From contig OZ244239.1 of NCBI GenBank assembly GCA_965217115.1, forward strand, positions 320,001-384,000: DNA of 64,000 nucleotides, read 5' to 3'. This stretch comes from Bdellovibrionales bacterium. Lineage in GTDB: Bacteria > Bdellovibrionota > Bdellovibrionia > Bdellovibrionales > CAYMLA01. A program made the translations under genes and the position numbers. Of this stretch, positions 39,935 to 50,858 are shown in pieces (within the stretch, counting starts at the first letter, position 1; each line of letters opens with the position of its first letter). The notes under the pieces are model-generated. The model saw nothing but the letters and a program-made list of their open reading frames with translations. It was not told where the DNA came from and searched no databases.

Positions 39935-41154
39935 TGCCTATCTTTGAGTACAAAGGCCTCAACAAAAAAGGGGCTCATGTTCGCGGTTCCATTGACGCTG
40001 AAAATTCACGAGCCGCACGTAGCAAATTAAAAGCTAAAGATATTTATGTCACTCAACTCAAAGACAAAAAGAAAGATCAAAATAAAAAGGATAAAACCCA
40101 TAAAACTCATAGCCAAAAAGTCTCCGTAGAAGATCTCTCAATGATGACTCGCCAACTAGCCACTCTGATAAGGGCAAATATTCCGCTGGTAGATTCTCTA
40201 ACAGCCGTCTCCGAACAAGTTGAAGAACCTGTTCTAAAAGAAGCTATTTCTGATATAAAAAACATGATCAATGAAGGTACGAGCTTCCATAAAGCTCTGG
40301 GCAAGTACCCTAAAATTTTTAATACAATTTACATCTCCATGTGTGAAGCTGGTGAAATGTCAGGAACCCTTGATTCCATACTCATTCGTTTAGCAGAATT
40401 CACTGAAGCCCAAGCTGCTTTAAAAAGTAAAATTAAATCTGCCATGCTCTATCCCGCTATTATGATGTTCGTAACAATGGGGCTTCTCGGTTTTCTCTTT
40501 GTTTATCTCATTCCAAAAATGGTTGTCGTTTTTGAATCTGCTCCAGAGTTAGTCTTGCCTTGGTATACAAAAATGATCATCGACACCAGTGATTTTATGG
40601 TCGCTTACTGGTATGTTTTACTTATCAGTCTCGTTGGAGTCTATTTTATATTTAACAATTGGAAAAAAACACCCAGTGGACGCGTTCAATGGGATCAAAT
40701 CTCGCTGACACTACCTGTGTTCGGAGCACTCACGCGCATAGTTGCAGTCAGTCGTTTCACTAGAACTTTATCCACACTCCTCGAAGGTGGTGTCGATATG
40801 TTAACCTCGATGAATATTGTGCGTAATGTGGTCAACAATGAAATCATTGCCAAGGCCATAGATGAGGCTCGCGATAATATCAGCGAAGGGGAATCCGTCG
40901 CTGGACCTTTAAAAAAATCAGGACAATTCCCTCCCCTTGTTATACACATGATTAATATCGGTGAAAAAACAGGAGAGCTAGAAAACATGCTCCTACAAAT
41001 CAGTGATGCCTATGACTTTCAAGTGAAAAACAAAGTTGACGGTATCACCAGTATTCTTGAGCCCGTTATGATTGTCATCATGGGTGGAGTGGTTGGCATT
41101 ATTGTTCTCGCGATTATGGTGCCTATGTTTGAAATGACCAATCTTGCTGGGTAG
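39934..41154 (+). CDS. gspF: Type II secretion inner-membrane platform protein
   Basis: TRQLATL, AGEMSGTL, AMLYP and GEKTGEL...LEP motifs. Confidence 0.96.
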   Translation: MPIFEYKGLNKKGAHVRGSIDAENSRAARSKLKAKDIYVTQLKDKKKDQNKKDKTHKTHSQKVSVEDLSMMTRQLATLIRANIPLVDSLTAVSEQVEEPVLKEAISDIKNMINEGTSFHKALGKYPKIFNTIYISMCEAGEMSGTLDSILIRLAEFTEAQAALKSKIKSAMLYPAIMMFVTMGLLGFLFVYLIPKMVVVFESAPELVLPWYTKMIIDTSDFMVAYWYVLLISLVGVYFIFNNWKKTPSGRVQWDQISLTLPVFGALTRIVAVSRFTRTLSTLLEGGVDMLTSMNIVRNVVNNEIIAKAIDEARDNISEGESVAGPLKKSGQFPPLVIHMINIGEKTGELENMLLQISDAYDFQVKNKVDGITSILEPVMIVIMGGVVGIIVLAIMVPMFEMTNLAG

Positions 41155-41334
41155 TGACAAGAAAACCAGTGAGCCAAGACGAATGTATGGTTTTGCCTAC
41201 GATAAATCAAGCACCACCAATGTGACTCAAAAAATTCTTTCCCATACTGGAATATATTGCCAAAAGCAGGCATGATATGTTGAATTATTCTAATTACAAA
41301 CTATAATGAGCTTTGTCTTTTAAACTTATTTCAC

Positions 41335-41859
41335 ATGGATGCCTCGATAATGGATAAGAACGCAATGAATAAGAACACGAAGAGTAAAACCGATCATGAA
41401 TATGCCAGCAATGATCCCTCCCCTTTTCTAAAAAACACGGAAGTGCTTAGTAACCAAAGAGGGATGACTCTTATAGAGATTATGATTGTTATTGCAATTA
41501 TTGGTGGTCTTGCGGCCATGCTCCTTCCTCGGCTCGTTGGCTCTCAAGAGAAGGCCAAAGCCAAACAAGCTAAAATACAGGTGGCACAAATTATCAGCTC
41601 CTTAGAGCTGTATTACAGCGATTGTGGTGTTTATCCCAGCCAAGACTCTGGCCTCAACGCCCTTGTCGAAGCTCCACCTGAAGATGAGTGTGATAACTGG
41701 GGGCCATCTCCCTATATGAAAAAAGAGCCCAAAGACCCCTGGAAAAGGGACTTTGTCTATGAAATTGATGACGGGGAGCCCGTCGTTATTTCCCTCGGCA
41801 AAGATGGCCAAGATGGGGGATCTGCCTATGATAAAGACATCTCTTCTGAGGATTTTTAA
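41335..41859 (+). CDS. gspG: Major pseudopilin (start uncertain)
   Basis: QRG|MTLIEIMIV prepilin motif; YP...GL.AL, W..PY, DPW and SLG.DG..GG motifs. Confidence 0.93.
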   Translation: MDASIMDKNAMNKNTKSKTDHEYASNDPSPFLKNTEVLSNQRGMTLIEIMIVIAIIGGLAAMLLPRLVGSQEKAKAKQAKIQVAQIISSLELYYSDCGVYPSQDSGLNALVEAPPEDECDNWGPSPYMKKEPKDPWKRDFVYEIDDGEPVVISLGKDGQDGGSAYDKDISSEDF

Positions 41860-41949
41860 AGAGACCTCTCTAGAAATCCACTTTTGGCTACAAACATCAA
41901 AGCCCATGGCCTTTGCAACAGACTCAATTTAACGATACAATGATGCAGT

Positions 41950-42558
41950 ATGCAGCTGCGTAGATTAAAAAATCAGTATGGTTTTACTCTCATAGAAATC
42001 ATGATTGTTCTAGCCATCATCGCTGGTGTTATCACTGTTGCAGCTCCCCGTCTTTTTAAAAACAAAATCAAAGCACGGCCTGCTGTAAGAAAAATGGAGC
42101 TTCTCTCCAAACAACTGCATCAAATATCCCGAGTGCAAAATAAAGTTTTTCGATGGGTCATCCAAATTGGTGGTGCCGAAAAACTCTCAAGTTATTGGGT
42201 GGAGTCAGCTCCTGCCAACACACTGTTTCTCACAAATAAAGATGCTGAAGACCTTACCCCTGAACAATTTAAAGAATACCAACAGCAATTCAAAATGGAC
42301 ACTTCTTTTTTTAAAAAGAAGATAACGCTGCCTGAAGGCCTTTTCTTTTTCGAGATAGAATCTACCTACCGCAGAGATTCTGTCACAGAGGGCAGAGGGT
42401 ATATTCACTACTTTCCCAACGGCTTATCCGAAGAGTCAGCTCTTCATATCAAAAACCAAGAGAAGCTCAATTGGACCATTGCCATTCACCCTCTAACAGG
42501 CCATGCTCATCTTATCAGAAAATATATTTCCCTCGAAGATTTAGCTAACAGAGACTAA
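41950..42558 (+). CDS. gspH: Minor pseudopilin, GspH position
   Basis: G|FTLIE prepilin motif, F.PNG; gene order. Confidence 0.75.
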   Translation: MQLRRLKNQYGFTLIEIMIVLAIIAGVITVAAPRLFKNKIKARPAVRKMELLSKQLHQISRVQNKVFRWVIQIGGAEKLSSYWVESAPANTLFLTNKDAEDLTPEQFKEYQQQFKMDTSFFKKKITLPEGLFFFEIESTYRRDSVTEGRGYIHYFPNGLSEESALHIKNQEKLNWTIAIHPLTGHAHLIRKYISLEDLANRD

Positions 42559-42560
42559 TT

Positions 42561-43124
42561 ATGAAACTAATAACACCCTTGCGTAAAGAATCTAATTCCA
42601 CTCATAGGTCTGTTAACGGTTTTACCTTAATTGAAACGCTCATTGCTATGGCGATTCTCACCGGGGGCATTATCTTAATGGCCAATAGCTGGGGAGGGAA
42701 TCTCCTGCGTATGCGAAAATCAAAAATAGTTTTCGAAATATCCACCCTTATCGAAAGAAAAATGGTGGATATAGATAATCAATATCGCGACAATGTCTCT
42801 AGTATACCAGAGAGTGATGAAGGTGACTTTGAAACTGACGATAAAAACTTAAAAAAATATCGTTGGAAACTCGAATCTAAACAAATGGTCGTTCCTAACC
42901 TCTCAGACCTTCTTGGCACAGAAGAAAATGATCAGATCTCAGTTGCCATGGTGAAAACTCTCACTAAAACTCTCGAAAAATCCATAAAAGAAGTAAAGCT
43001 CACCATCATTGGTGATTTTGGTAAACGTGAACTCAAACAATCCATTGTGACTTACTTTGTTGATTTTGATCAGAGGTTAGAAGTTCAAGGTCTCCCCTCA
43101 TTTAGCGGAGCACCAACAAAATGA
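42561..43124 (+). CDS. gspI: Minor pseudopilin, GspI position
   Basis: G|FTLIETLIAMAIL, EGDF...YRW; gene order. Confidence 0.75.
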   Translation: MKLITPLRKESNSTHRSVNGFTLIETLIAMAILTGGIILMANSWGGNLLRMRKSKIVFEISTLIERKMVDIDNQYRDNVSSIPESDEGDFETDDKNLKKYRWKLESKQMVVPNLSDLLGTEENDQISVAMVKTLTKTLEKSIKEVKLTIIGDFGKRELKQSIVTYFVDFDQRLEVQGLPSFSGAPTK

Positions 43125-43972
43125 ATCTTCGCTATTTGAACTCTCGCGGCATGACTCTGATTGAACTTATGATTTCCATTGCAATTCTAAGTACACTCAC
43201 TATTATGACGACCCAAAGCATTCGCCAAGGACTTAAAGCAAAAAAAAAGGTGCAAACCAATATTGATAGTTTTTCCATCGTGCGAGATACGCTTAATATT
43301 CTGCGGCAAGATATTGAAAAATCTTTCCACTACCGTGACCTCAATATCATTCTTAATTCTCAAATCGATCTTGAGACAAAGCCCCAACCAGGAGATAAGT
43401 CCAAGCCAGGAGACGAACCCAAACCGGGGGACAAGCCCAAGCCGGGGGACAAACCCAAACCAGTGGTCAAAGCCAAACCTAAACCTAAACCATTACCTGA
43501 AGATAAGGCTGCCACACATTTTATTGGTTATGAAGACAAGCTTCATTTCGTCACTCTTAATCATAAAAAAATTTACTCTGACACTCCCGAAGCCAACTAT
43601 GTTGAAGTCGGTTATTATCTAAATCGTTGTCGCAATCAAAGCAAAAAAGGAAAAACCAGTCAGTGTCTGTGGAGACGAACAAATTCCTTGGTGGATGACG
43701 ATGTAGAAAAAGGAGGTCGGTCTATTGTCCTCCTTGAATATATCAGCGAATTTGGCTTAAGGTACCTTGGCAAAGGCAAACAAGACTGGGTCAGTACCTG
43801 GCATTCAGATAATAGAGGAGATGCGGCAACAAAAGATCACTTCCCAGATGCTGTGGAAATTTCACTGACAATCAAGAGTAGTGGCGATGACAAAGCCAAA
43901 AAATACTCCTTTCAAATAGTGGTTCCTATTCGTTTCCCTAATAATCAAAGAGACGAAGATAAAGGAGGATGA
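43121..43972 (+). CDS. gspJ: Minor pseudopilin GspJ
   Basis: G|MTLIE, L.QDI, V.Y.L, LWRR and W...W...P.AVEI motifs; contains a PKPGDK repeat insert at 43382-43462. Confidence 0.8.
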   Translation: MNLRYLNSRGMTLIELMISIAILSTLTIMTTQSIRQGLKAKKKVQTNIDSFSIVRDTLNILRQDIEKSFHYRDLNIILNSQIDLETKPQPGDKSKPGDEPKPGDKPKPGDKPKPVVKAKPKPKPLPEDKAATHFIGYEDKLHFVTLNHKKIYSDTPEANYVEVGYYLNRCRNQSKKGKTSQCLWRRTNSLVDDDVEKGGRSIVLLEYISEFGLRYLGKGKQDWVSTWHSDNRGDAATKDHFPDAVEISLTIKSSGDDKAKKYSFQIVVPIRFPNNQRDEDKGG

Positions 43973-43976
43973 ATTT

Positions 43977-45200
43977 ATGTTAAGGGAGATAAAGACACTC
44001 ATCGCAAAACCACTCAGAAATGAACGGGGCATGGCTCTCATCATAGCCCTGGCTGCTGTGTCTCTTATCTTCTATTTAGTCACTGAAACAACCTATGAAA
44101 CTGTCATAGAATACAAACTCTCGTCTTCTATGGTTAATGATTTAAAAGCCCACTACGCCGCACGGGCGGGAATTGAGATGAGTCTACTGCGCCTCCAAAT
44201 TTACAAGAAAGCTGTCCATCAATTTGGTAAAACTCTAGGACCCAACAGCTCAGTCCTCAATCAGATTTGGCAAATGCCATTTGTCTGGCCTCCAGTCATA
44301 CCTAATGAGGCGCAACGTATTGACCGCGAAGCAATCAAAGAAATCGTTAAAGAATCTCTAATGAAATCAAGTTACATAACCACAATCACTGATGGGGGGT
44401 CCAAAATAGATTTAAGTGACCTCGATTCACCTTCCAAAACTTTAAAACAGAGCATCCATAGACAGTTGCTTAATGTCTTGTATAACAAAATTGATAATGA
44501 CCCTGATTGGTCCGATAACAACAGTTTTGACCCTGAACAAATCGTAGACAATATCCAAGATTGGGTGGATAAAGATGAACAAACCACCGATGGCGGCAGT
44601 GAGTCCTCTCTTTACACAGATTACAAAGAGGGGCAGTGGCCTCCTAATCGAACATTTCGCACCATCGAAGAGCTACGCCTCGTCTCTGGGGTCACAGAGA
44701 ATATCTACCAGCTTCTCGCACCACAAGTGACCATCTATGGGTTCAAAGGCATTAACGTCAATTTAGTAGCAAAAGAAGTTTTCCAATCATTTAGCTCCGA
44801 AATCACCGATGAATTAGCCGAACAAATCGTCGAGTACCGTGATGATCCACAACTCCATGGGCCCTTTAAGAGCGAAAAGGACTTTCTCCAGTTCATGTCC
44901 GAGCAAATAGGTGTCACCCTCAACCAGAAGGATGACAGCAAGATACCCATCGTTGTTGATGCTGTGCATAATTTTATCATTAAAAGCACGGCTTCTTTTG
45001 CTAATTCCACTAAAGAGATCACGGCTGTAACCTACAATATGAGTAAAGTCCGAAAACGCTTACAGCACTTTGTAGACAAGGAGAAAACTCCCACTGCAGC
45101 TGATGGGGCCTCCGCCCGAAAGACTGGAAAAGGCACTTCAGATAAGAGAGGACTTCCCCCAAAAGGTCGTCCAAGAGTTGTCTTTTGGCTTGAAAAGTAG
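43977..45200 (+). CDS. gspK: Minor pseudopilin GspK
   Basis: RG|MALIIAL (no Glu5), DWVDKD, EELRLVSG and INVN motifs. Confidence 0.88.
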   Translation: MLREIKTLIAKPLRNERGMALIIALAAVSLIFYLVTETTYETVIEYKLSSSMVNDLKAHYAARAGIEMSLLRLQIYKKAVHQFGKTLGPNSSVLNQIWQMPFVWPPVIPNEAQRIDREAIKEIVKESLMKSSYITTITDGGSKIDLSDLDSPSKTLKQSIHRQLLNVLYNKIDNDPDWSDNNSFDPEQIVDNIQDWVDKDEQTTDGGSESSLYTDYKEGQWPPNRTFRTIEELRLVSGVTENIYQLLAPQVTIYGFKGINVNLVAKEVFQSFSSEITDELAEQIVEYRDDPQLHGPFKSEKDFLQFMSEQIGVTLNQKDDSKIPIVVDAVHNFIIKSTASFANSTKEITAVTYNMSKVRKRLQHFVDKEKTPTAADGASARKTGKGTSDKRGLPPKGRPRVVFWLEK

Positions 45201-45212
45201 AACAATATCTCT

Positions 45213-46889
45213 ATGAAGTCAGTCGGTATAGACATCGGAAGTTCTAGCATCAAAGTCGCCGAAATAACCCCCACCTCCAAAGGGGTTACTATCGATCAGC
45301 TCTTTGAGTATCCCCTCAATCCAGATCCAAATCACGATTCCGAATTAGATATCTTAGAATTTCTGCGTGATCTGACACGGAAGTACGACTCTTCTAAAGT
45401 TTATTTTATTTTAGGCATCAAACAGAGGCTTATTAGTGGACGGCGTAAAACCTTTCCTTTCAAAGAAAAACAAAAAATTCTACGCAGCCTTCCCTTTGAA
45501 CTTGAAGAAGATATTCCCTTCTCTCAAGACGATAGTATCTTTGATGCTAAAATCATACAAACCCAGGGAACTTCTACAGAAGTTTATGCCTGCTCTTGCT
45601 CTAAGGAAGTGATAGAGCAATCTCTCAACTTCTGCCAAGACATTAACATCATTCCCCATATTCTTAGTGCCGATGGCTTGTCTTTGGGGAATCTTGTCGA
45701 AAATTGGCAGAGCCCCCCTGTCACTAATACGGCTTTCTCCGATGATCTCGCCGATAAATCAATCAACGACTCGGTTAAAACACTCGATGCTATTTTAAAC
45801 ATCGGACATCAACGTTCTCTCATTGTTTTTTACGATAACATCACGCAAGCCCCCGTAGGCGCTAAGTCTATTTTATGGGGAGGGCATAATATTATTGAGG
45901 CGATTGCAAAAGTCTATGAACTCCCCTATGTGGAAGCGAGTAACGAAACAAAACTACAATCTTTTCTGCTGTTGACCGACGAAGGCGCCACCTCAGATCA
46001 AATCGCTTTTTCTAAAACCATAGGCAAAGTCATCGATGATCTTGGACGTTCCCTGCGCCTCGTCTTCATGGATATTCAAAGTGAATTTCGATCCAAAGTA
46101 AAAGAACTACATTTTACAGGTGGATCGAGCCAAATTCGCAATTTCGGCCCCTATCTTACACAACAATTAGAAGTCCCTTGTAACAGATTCCAGTATTTAT
46201 CCAAATTCGCCAGATTGAGTAAAAATATAAATGTCTCTCCTGAGAGTGAAGCAAAATACTCGTTGGCTCTCTCTCTAGCTATTGAAGGCTTAAAAACCCC
46301 TCGCAATCCAGCCGTTAATTTTTTAAAAGGAGAATTTGCCCAACAGAGCCAAGCCTTTAGGGTATTTTGGAAAAAGTGGCGTCCGACCATTACTCTTGCA
46401 GCATCTATCACAGGTATTTTCTTTGTGTACTCAACACTTCGACATGTCTCGACTGAATCTTTAGATCGAAGAACTGAAACACTCATGAAAGAACAAGCCA
46501 AATCTGTGGCTAAACTCTCACGACGAAAGGCATCCATAACTAACATACGTAAATTTATTGATAATAAAAAATCCATAGCCAAAAAAAGACTGCACATCCT
46601 CTCTCTTGTTCAATTGCCTTCTGCACTCGATGTCTTTAAAAAAATCAATGATGCTCTACCCAGTAAGAAACTAACACGGCTGAGTGTCACGCATCTCAAA
46701 ATTAAAGATAATAATATCGCCATTCAAGGGTTAGCACGCCGTCAAGACATTCCACATATTAAACAAGCGTTGAAGAGAATTTCTTCTAATCAGAAGATAA
46801 AAGTATTTAACTCTTTTGAAAAACCAGCTTCAGGCAAAGCTGTCTTCGCTTTTAAATTCAAGTACAACAGGAAAAAAAATAAGCTATGA
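45213..46889 (+). CDS. gspL: GspL/PilM-like actin-fold protein with TM and periplasmic domain
   Basis: VGIDIGSSSIK, PFELE..IPF, TGG, NFLKGEF, then a TM helix. Confidence 0.8.
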   Translation: MKSVGIDIGSSSIKVAEITPTSKGVTIDQLFEYPLNPDPNHDSELDILEFLRDLTRKYDSSKVYFILGIKQRLISGRRKTFPFKEKQKILRSLPFELEEDIPFSQDDSIFDAKIIQTQGTSTEVYACSCSKEVIEQSLNFCQDINIIPHILSADGLSLGNLVENWQSPPVTNTAFSDDLADKSINDSVKTLDAILNIGHQRSLIVFYDNITQAPVGAKSILWGGHNIIEAIAKVYELPYVEASNETKLQSFLLLTDEGATSDQIAFSKTIGKVIDDLGRSLRLVFMDIQSEFRSKVKELHFTGGSSQIRNFGPYLTQQLEVPCNRFQYLSKFARLSKNINVSPESEAKYSLALSLAIEGLKTPRNPAVNFLKGEFAQQSQAFRVFWKKWRPTITLAASITGIFFVYSTLRHVSTESLDRRTETLMKEQAKSVAKLSRRKASITNIRKFIDNKKSIAKKRLHILSLVQLPSALDVFKKINDALPSKKLTRLSVTHLKIKDNNIAIQGLARRQDIPHIKQALKRISSNQKIKVFNSFEKPASGKAVFAFKFKYNRKKNKL

Positions 46890-47581
46890 ATTTAGAAGAT
46901 ATTAAAGAACAGCTGAAGGACCATACACAAAACCTCTGGAACTATATTCAAGAGCATCCCGTCTATGTTTCCTCTAAAGAGCGTTTTCAGAGTTTTCCGC
47001 CACGAAGGCAGAAATGGGTTTTATCAGTCAGTCTGACGCTTATTATTTTGCTTATCCTCTCCATCCCTCTTAGTGAATTGAGTAGCTCGTTTGACTCAGA
47101 AAACGACTTCAAGGAAAAGCGTCAACTTATTAACGACCTCCTCAAACCTAATCAGGCAAATGGCCCGAATATACCTCCCCCTATGTTATCTTCTGCTCTT
47201 CAAAGCAGAGCTCAGAACATACTTCAATCTGCTGGCCTGGTTGCTAAACAAATTAAAGGAGTGAGAAACACAGCCTTCACTATAGAGAAGTCACCATTGA
47301 TCCCTAAATCCATTGAAGCTCAATCAGTGGAAATCTCTGTGGTTAAGGTAAATTTAAAACAAGTCGTTAATATTGCCCATCGTCTTTCAAGTATGAATCG
47401 CTATGTTAAGTTAAAAGATATGGCTATCTCTCCTAACCATGAAGACAGAAACTATTCAAATGCCACCTACACTCTTGTCGCAGTAGGTTTAACTCCATCG
47501 AAAATCGCGGCAGAAAAACCTTCTTCACGTCGCTCCCGTTCAAAACGGTCAAAACGTTCAAAACGTCGAGGGCGTAAATAA
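46886..47581 (+). CDS. gspM: GspM-like protein
   Basis: Single TM plus periplasmic domain; lies between gspL and gspN. Confidence 0.6.
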   Translation: MNLEDIKEQLKDHTQNLWNYIQEHPVYVSSKERFQSFPPRRQKWVLSVSLTLIILLILSIPLSELSSSFDSENDFKEKRQLINDLLKPNQANGPNIPPPMLSSALQSRAQNILQSAGLVAKQIKGVRNTAFTIEKSPLIPKSIEAQSVEISVVKVNLKQVVNIAHRLSSMNRYVKLKDMAISPNHEDRNYSNATYTLVAVGLTPSKIAAEKPSSRRSRSKRSKRSKRRGRK

Positions 47582-47582
47582 A

Positions 47583-48557
47583 ATGCTATCATCAATTATA
47601 GGGAATCTTAAAATCCCCTTCCTACTACTTCGCCAAAATAAAAAAGTCGTTTTTATTTTTTTAATCTCTACTCTCTTCTTTGGCTTTGTTTTACTCCCTA
47701 TAAACGATTTAGGTCGTCTTGCTTCATCTAAACTCTCAGAGCTTACAAAGGGACAAGTTTCAATACAGTTTGATAATTTTGGTTTTTCTCTCCTCCCCCT
47801 AGGAATTAAATTCACCGGTCTTTCCCTTGAGACAGAACACTTCCCAACTTTTAAGAGTGATCAAGTCATCCTTTCTCCCAATATACTTGGACTACTAACC
47901 TTTAATCTTGGAGCTTCGATCCAAGCCAAGGGCTTTATGGGAGGAGCGCTTACCATCTCAACAGAGGGCGCTGGTAAAACACCAGAGGGTGATAAAAAAC
48001 AAGCGGTTAAAGTTTCGGCTAAAAAGCTTAATTTATCTTTATCGAAGATATATTCTATGCCTTTAGAAGGGGAAGCTTACCTAAAGGCGAATGTGACATT
48101 AGACACTAAATTCAAGGAACAACCTAAGGGCGACGTCACTGTCTACATCGAAAAGTTTGTCTTACCTTCGGCTAGCATCAGCAGCCCAATGGGCCCCCTC
48201 ACATTGCCCTATCTAAATCTCTCTAAAATATCTATGACAGGAAAATTAAAAGATGGACAGCTACAGATTTATAAAACACAAATTGGTGACCCCCAAGGGG
48301 AGCTCTACGGCAATATCAAAGGAAGTCTAGCTATAAAATTTATACGTCGTGGACGAAGTTTTATTCCTGTCCCAGGCTCCTACAGCTTTAATGTTGATCT
48401 CACTGTAAAGGATAGCCTCTCGAAGAGGGCGAGGCTGTTTCTCTCCTTTGTCGATCAATACAAATCTAGAACACAGAGCGGAACGGGGCAGAGATATGCC
48501 TTAAAGATATCTGGAGTGAATTTCCACGCTTTTCCTCGTATCAATCCACTCCGTTAA
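47583..48557 (+). CDS. gspN: Type II secretion protein N
   Basis: N-terminal TM and beta-rich body (LTLP.LNL, G.LYG...G); last gene of the cluster. Confidence 0.7.
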   Translation: MLSSIIGNLKIPFLLLRQNKKVVFIFLISTLFFGFVLLPINDLGRLASSKLSELTKGQVSIQFDNFGFSLLPLGIKFTGLSLETEHFPTFKSDQVILSPNILGLLTFNLGASIQAKGFMGGALTISTEGAGKTPEGDKKQAVKVSAKKLNLSLSKIYSMPLEGEAYLKANVTLDTKFKEQPKGDVTVYIEKFVLPSASISSPMGPLTLPYLNLSKISMTGKLKDGQLQIYKTQIGDPQGELYGNIKGSLAIKFIRRGRSFIPVPGSYSFNVDLTVKDSLSKRARLFLSFVDQYKSRTQSGTGQRYALKISGVNFHAFPRINPLR

Positions 48558-48602
48558 GAGTTAAGTCACTGTTTTTGAAATTTTATCAATGTGGGTGCAT
48601 AA

Positions 48603-50246
48603 TTAATCTAGTGCAATCCCTTTGATAAACGACTTAGGAATTTGTTTTAAAAAATCCTTCACTGTTTTCACACCTTTGCAAGAAAACCTCAAATCCATCG
48701 TTGGGATATTAACAGTCATTTTATCTAATTCTCGACTAAATTTTGCAGGATAGCCTATCAATGCAGAAGAGCTTTCATCCCCTTCACTTTCAACGACAAC
48801 CCCACGGATTTTTTCTGTGTTCTCCTGCAAGTCATCCCGCTTTCCCTTACGCAAGAGGCAGCCTACATTGGCTTTCTCGTAACTTTCATATGCATCTAAA
48901 CTACTTATCACACGTCCATCTTTTTCCATGAAAGTCATCTTATCAAGAGAAGATAGTTTAAAATCAAGACTTATAAGGGCATAAATATCTGCACTCAGGT
49001 GAGCGCCTCCCATAAATGGGTTCACGTACTGCTTCTTAACCTTTTTACACTCAAATTTTAGAAGATCACAACCATAATTGTAATCAAACCATAGATCAGA
49101 ATTCATTTTCCTGTTCTTAGTTAAGTGTTCCAAAGAAGCATTGCCTTTTAAAACATTTAAATCTTCTTCTTCCTCAACTCTCTCTTCTATGTCTTCAATA
49201 TCAATATCGCGAACATTCGTTTCGTCCATTATCTGCAAGTAAATCGTCTCTCCAGATGGCCTTATAAATGTTTCAAAAGGCTGGTTCTTTCCAAAAGCAG
49301 AACCTTCATTTAAATTCAGAGATCCAAATCTAAAAGGCTCCCTTGTCGTCCATTGGCGATAGTAGCCGTCATTTTCTAGAACCTTGTTTTCAGTCTTCTC
49401 AATAGGGATGTTAAAATCCTTTGCTGTGTTCTGTAGCGCTTTACCTTCAACGGTGTTTATATTTAGAATACGATGACTCAAACCACGAATAGACAAATCA
49501 TCCATCAGTCTGACAACTCGTATGGCACGATCGAGTTGACGACTTAGTCCGTAGTCATTAACACGGGCTATTCTATGAAGAAGAGATTCCTCAAAACCGT
49601 ACAATCGCCAATCTTTACCAACCTTAACCATGTAACCCGGAATTCTTCTTCCTTTCTCATAAATAACTACAGTGTGGATTGTTTCCATCTTCAAAGATAA
49701 CATCAACGTCAACTCCGTCATTGCCTCTTTATTATAGATACCGTCATACAAAAGTTTTTTCATGAATTTATTTAGGTAACCAAAGCGTCCATCAATACTG
49801 TTAAATCTATCTTCATGCCTTATTCTTTCACCTCTAAACAGTTCCTGATAAATTAATCTGTTCAAATTCTGCAAAGAACCTGCCGTTTTTGCATTTGCCT
49901 CCAAACGACTTAATCGATCTCTCACTCTTTGTCCATTTGGCGAATTATCCTGACTAGACACAATTCTTTCACGCAAAAAACTATACAGATCTTTACTAGA
50001 AACTTTATTTTTAGTCAGTTGCTCAGCAACTTTGTGCTCACTGGCTATAAACCCACCTTGATTTAGATCTATAACTGCATTGACCGGAGAACTTTGTGAT
50101 CCATTATTACCCTTCGGAGAATGGCTCACAGAACTTCCCTTCGAACACCCAAACATCACTAAAGGGAGAAACACAAAAATAATCAAAAAATGAATCATGA
50201 AAAACACAACTGGCTGTCTCTTATTTGTTCTTTTATGGGCACTCAT
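48603..50246 (-). CDS. Hypothetical lipoprotein
   Basis: 547-aa ORF with a hydrophobic signal ending MFGC and a Ser/Gly/Asn linker; no family confidently recognised. Confidence 0.75.
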   Translation of the reverse strand: MSAHKRTNKRQPVVFFMIHFLIIFVFLPLVMFGCSKGSSVSHSPKGNNGSQSSPVNAVIDLNQGGFIASEHKVAEQLTKNKVSSKDLYSFLRERIVSSQDNSPNGQRVRDRLSRLEANAKTAGSLQNLNRLIYQELFRGERIRHEDRFNSIDGRFGYLNKFMKKLLYDGIYNKEAMTELTLMLSLKMETIHTVVIYEKGRRIPGYMVKVGKDWRLYGFEESLLHRIARVNDYGLSRQLDRAIRVVRLMDDLSIRGLSHRILNINTVEGKALQNTAKDFNIPIEKTENKVLENDGYYRQWTTREPFRFGSLNLNEGSAFGKNQPFETFIRPSGETIYLQIMDETNVRDIDIEDIEERVEEEEDLNVLKGNASLEHLTKNRKMNSDLWFDYNYGCDLLKFECKKVKKQYVNPFMGGAHLSADIYALISLDFKLSSLDKMTFMEKDGRVISSLDAYESYEKANVGCLLRKGKRDDLQENTEKIRGVVVESEGDESSSALIGYPAKFSRELDKMTVNIPTMDLRFSCKGVKTVKDFLKQIPKSFIKGIALD

Positions 50247-50708
50247 AATTTAACCTCTTGTTTTATAGTTTTAAAAAGCTTCTACTCTCAATATATGATA
50301 ATTCAATTTTTAGGCCATAGTATCTACCTGTATTCAGGTACTTACGAGCCATTAAACTCCACGGCAAGGGCCTTTAGACGGTAATTGTCCTTCACTGTCA
50401 AAAAGAATGACTCTTTATTAGTTCTTTCCCTTTTTTGTGGGAGGGCTAAATCACAGGCATCTCCTGCTTATGGAAGGTTGAGTTCAGACGACATGTTACT
50501 ACGTACTTTTTTGCAAACTTCCCATTTACGCTTTTCACGAAAAAATATGACTTCCACCTGCCAACCCATCATCTTTAAATGCTTTGTCCGAAGTTGATAT
50601 TGATCGTGATAATTTCCTAACTCGTTATCAAAGACAATTTTAAAGATTCTTTATGACAAACATATGACAAAAAAAAATAGTGGAGCCAGTTTTTTTCTGA
50701 TGAGCTGG

Positions 50709-50858
50709 TTTTTTTCTAGAGTTCTCCCAAAAGAATCCAGCCCTTTTCTTGCTCAAACATTCGTTTGTCACCTTCCATTGCAGGGAAATGCAATGGAAGT
50801 CGCCAAGCCAAACTCGCCGAAAAGAACTGGACTCTTTTGGGAGAACCCTAGAAAAAAA
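50709..50858 (+). repeat. Diverged member of the ~170-bp palindromic element family
   Basis: GCTCAAACATTCGTTTG...CCAAGCCAAACTCGC junction motifs enclose a different inner hairpin, inside a different ~40-bp outer stem. Confidence 0.8.

Noticed and set aside
41173..41190. GCCAAGACGAATGT in the gspF-gspG gap resembles the reversed element core
   Set aside because: A short gapped match without the partner motif or long arms; compatible with chance.
50330..50600. Possible pseudogene fragments upstream of the 547-aa lipoprotein
   Set aside because: Only short open stretches with no recognisable homology.
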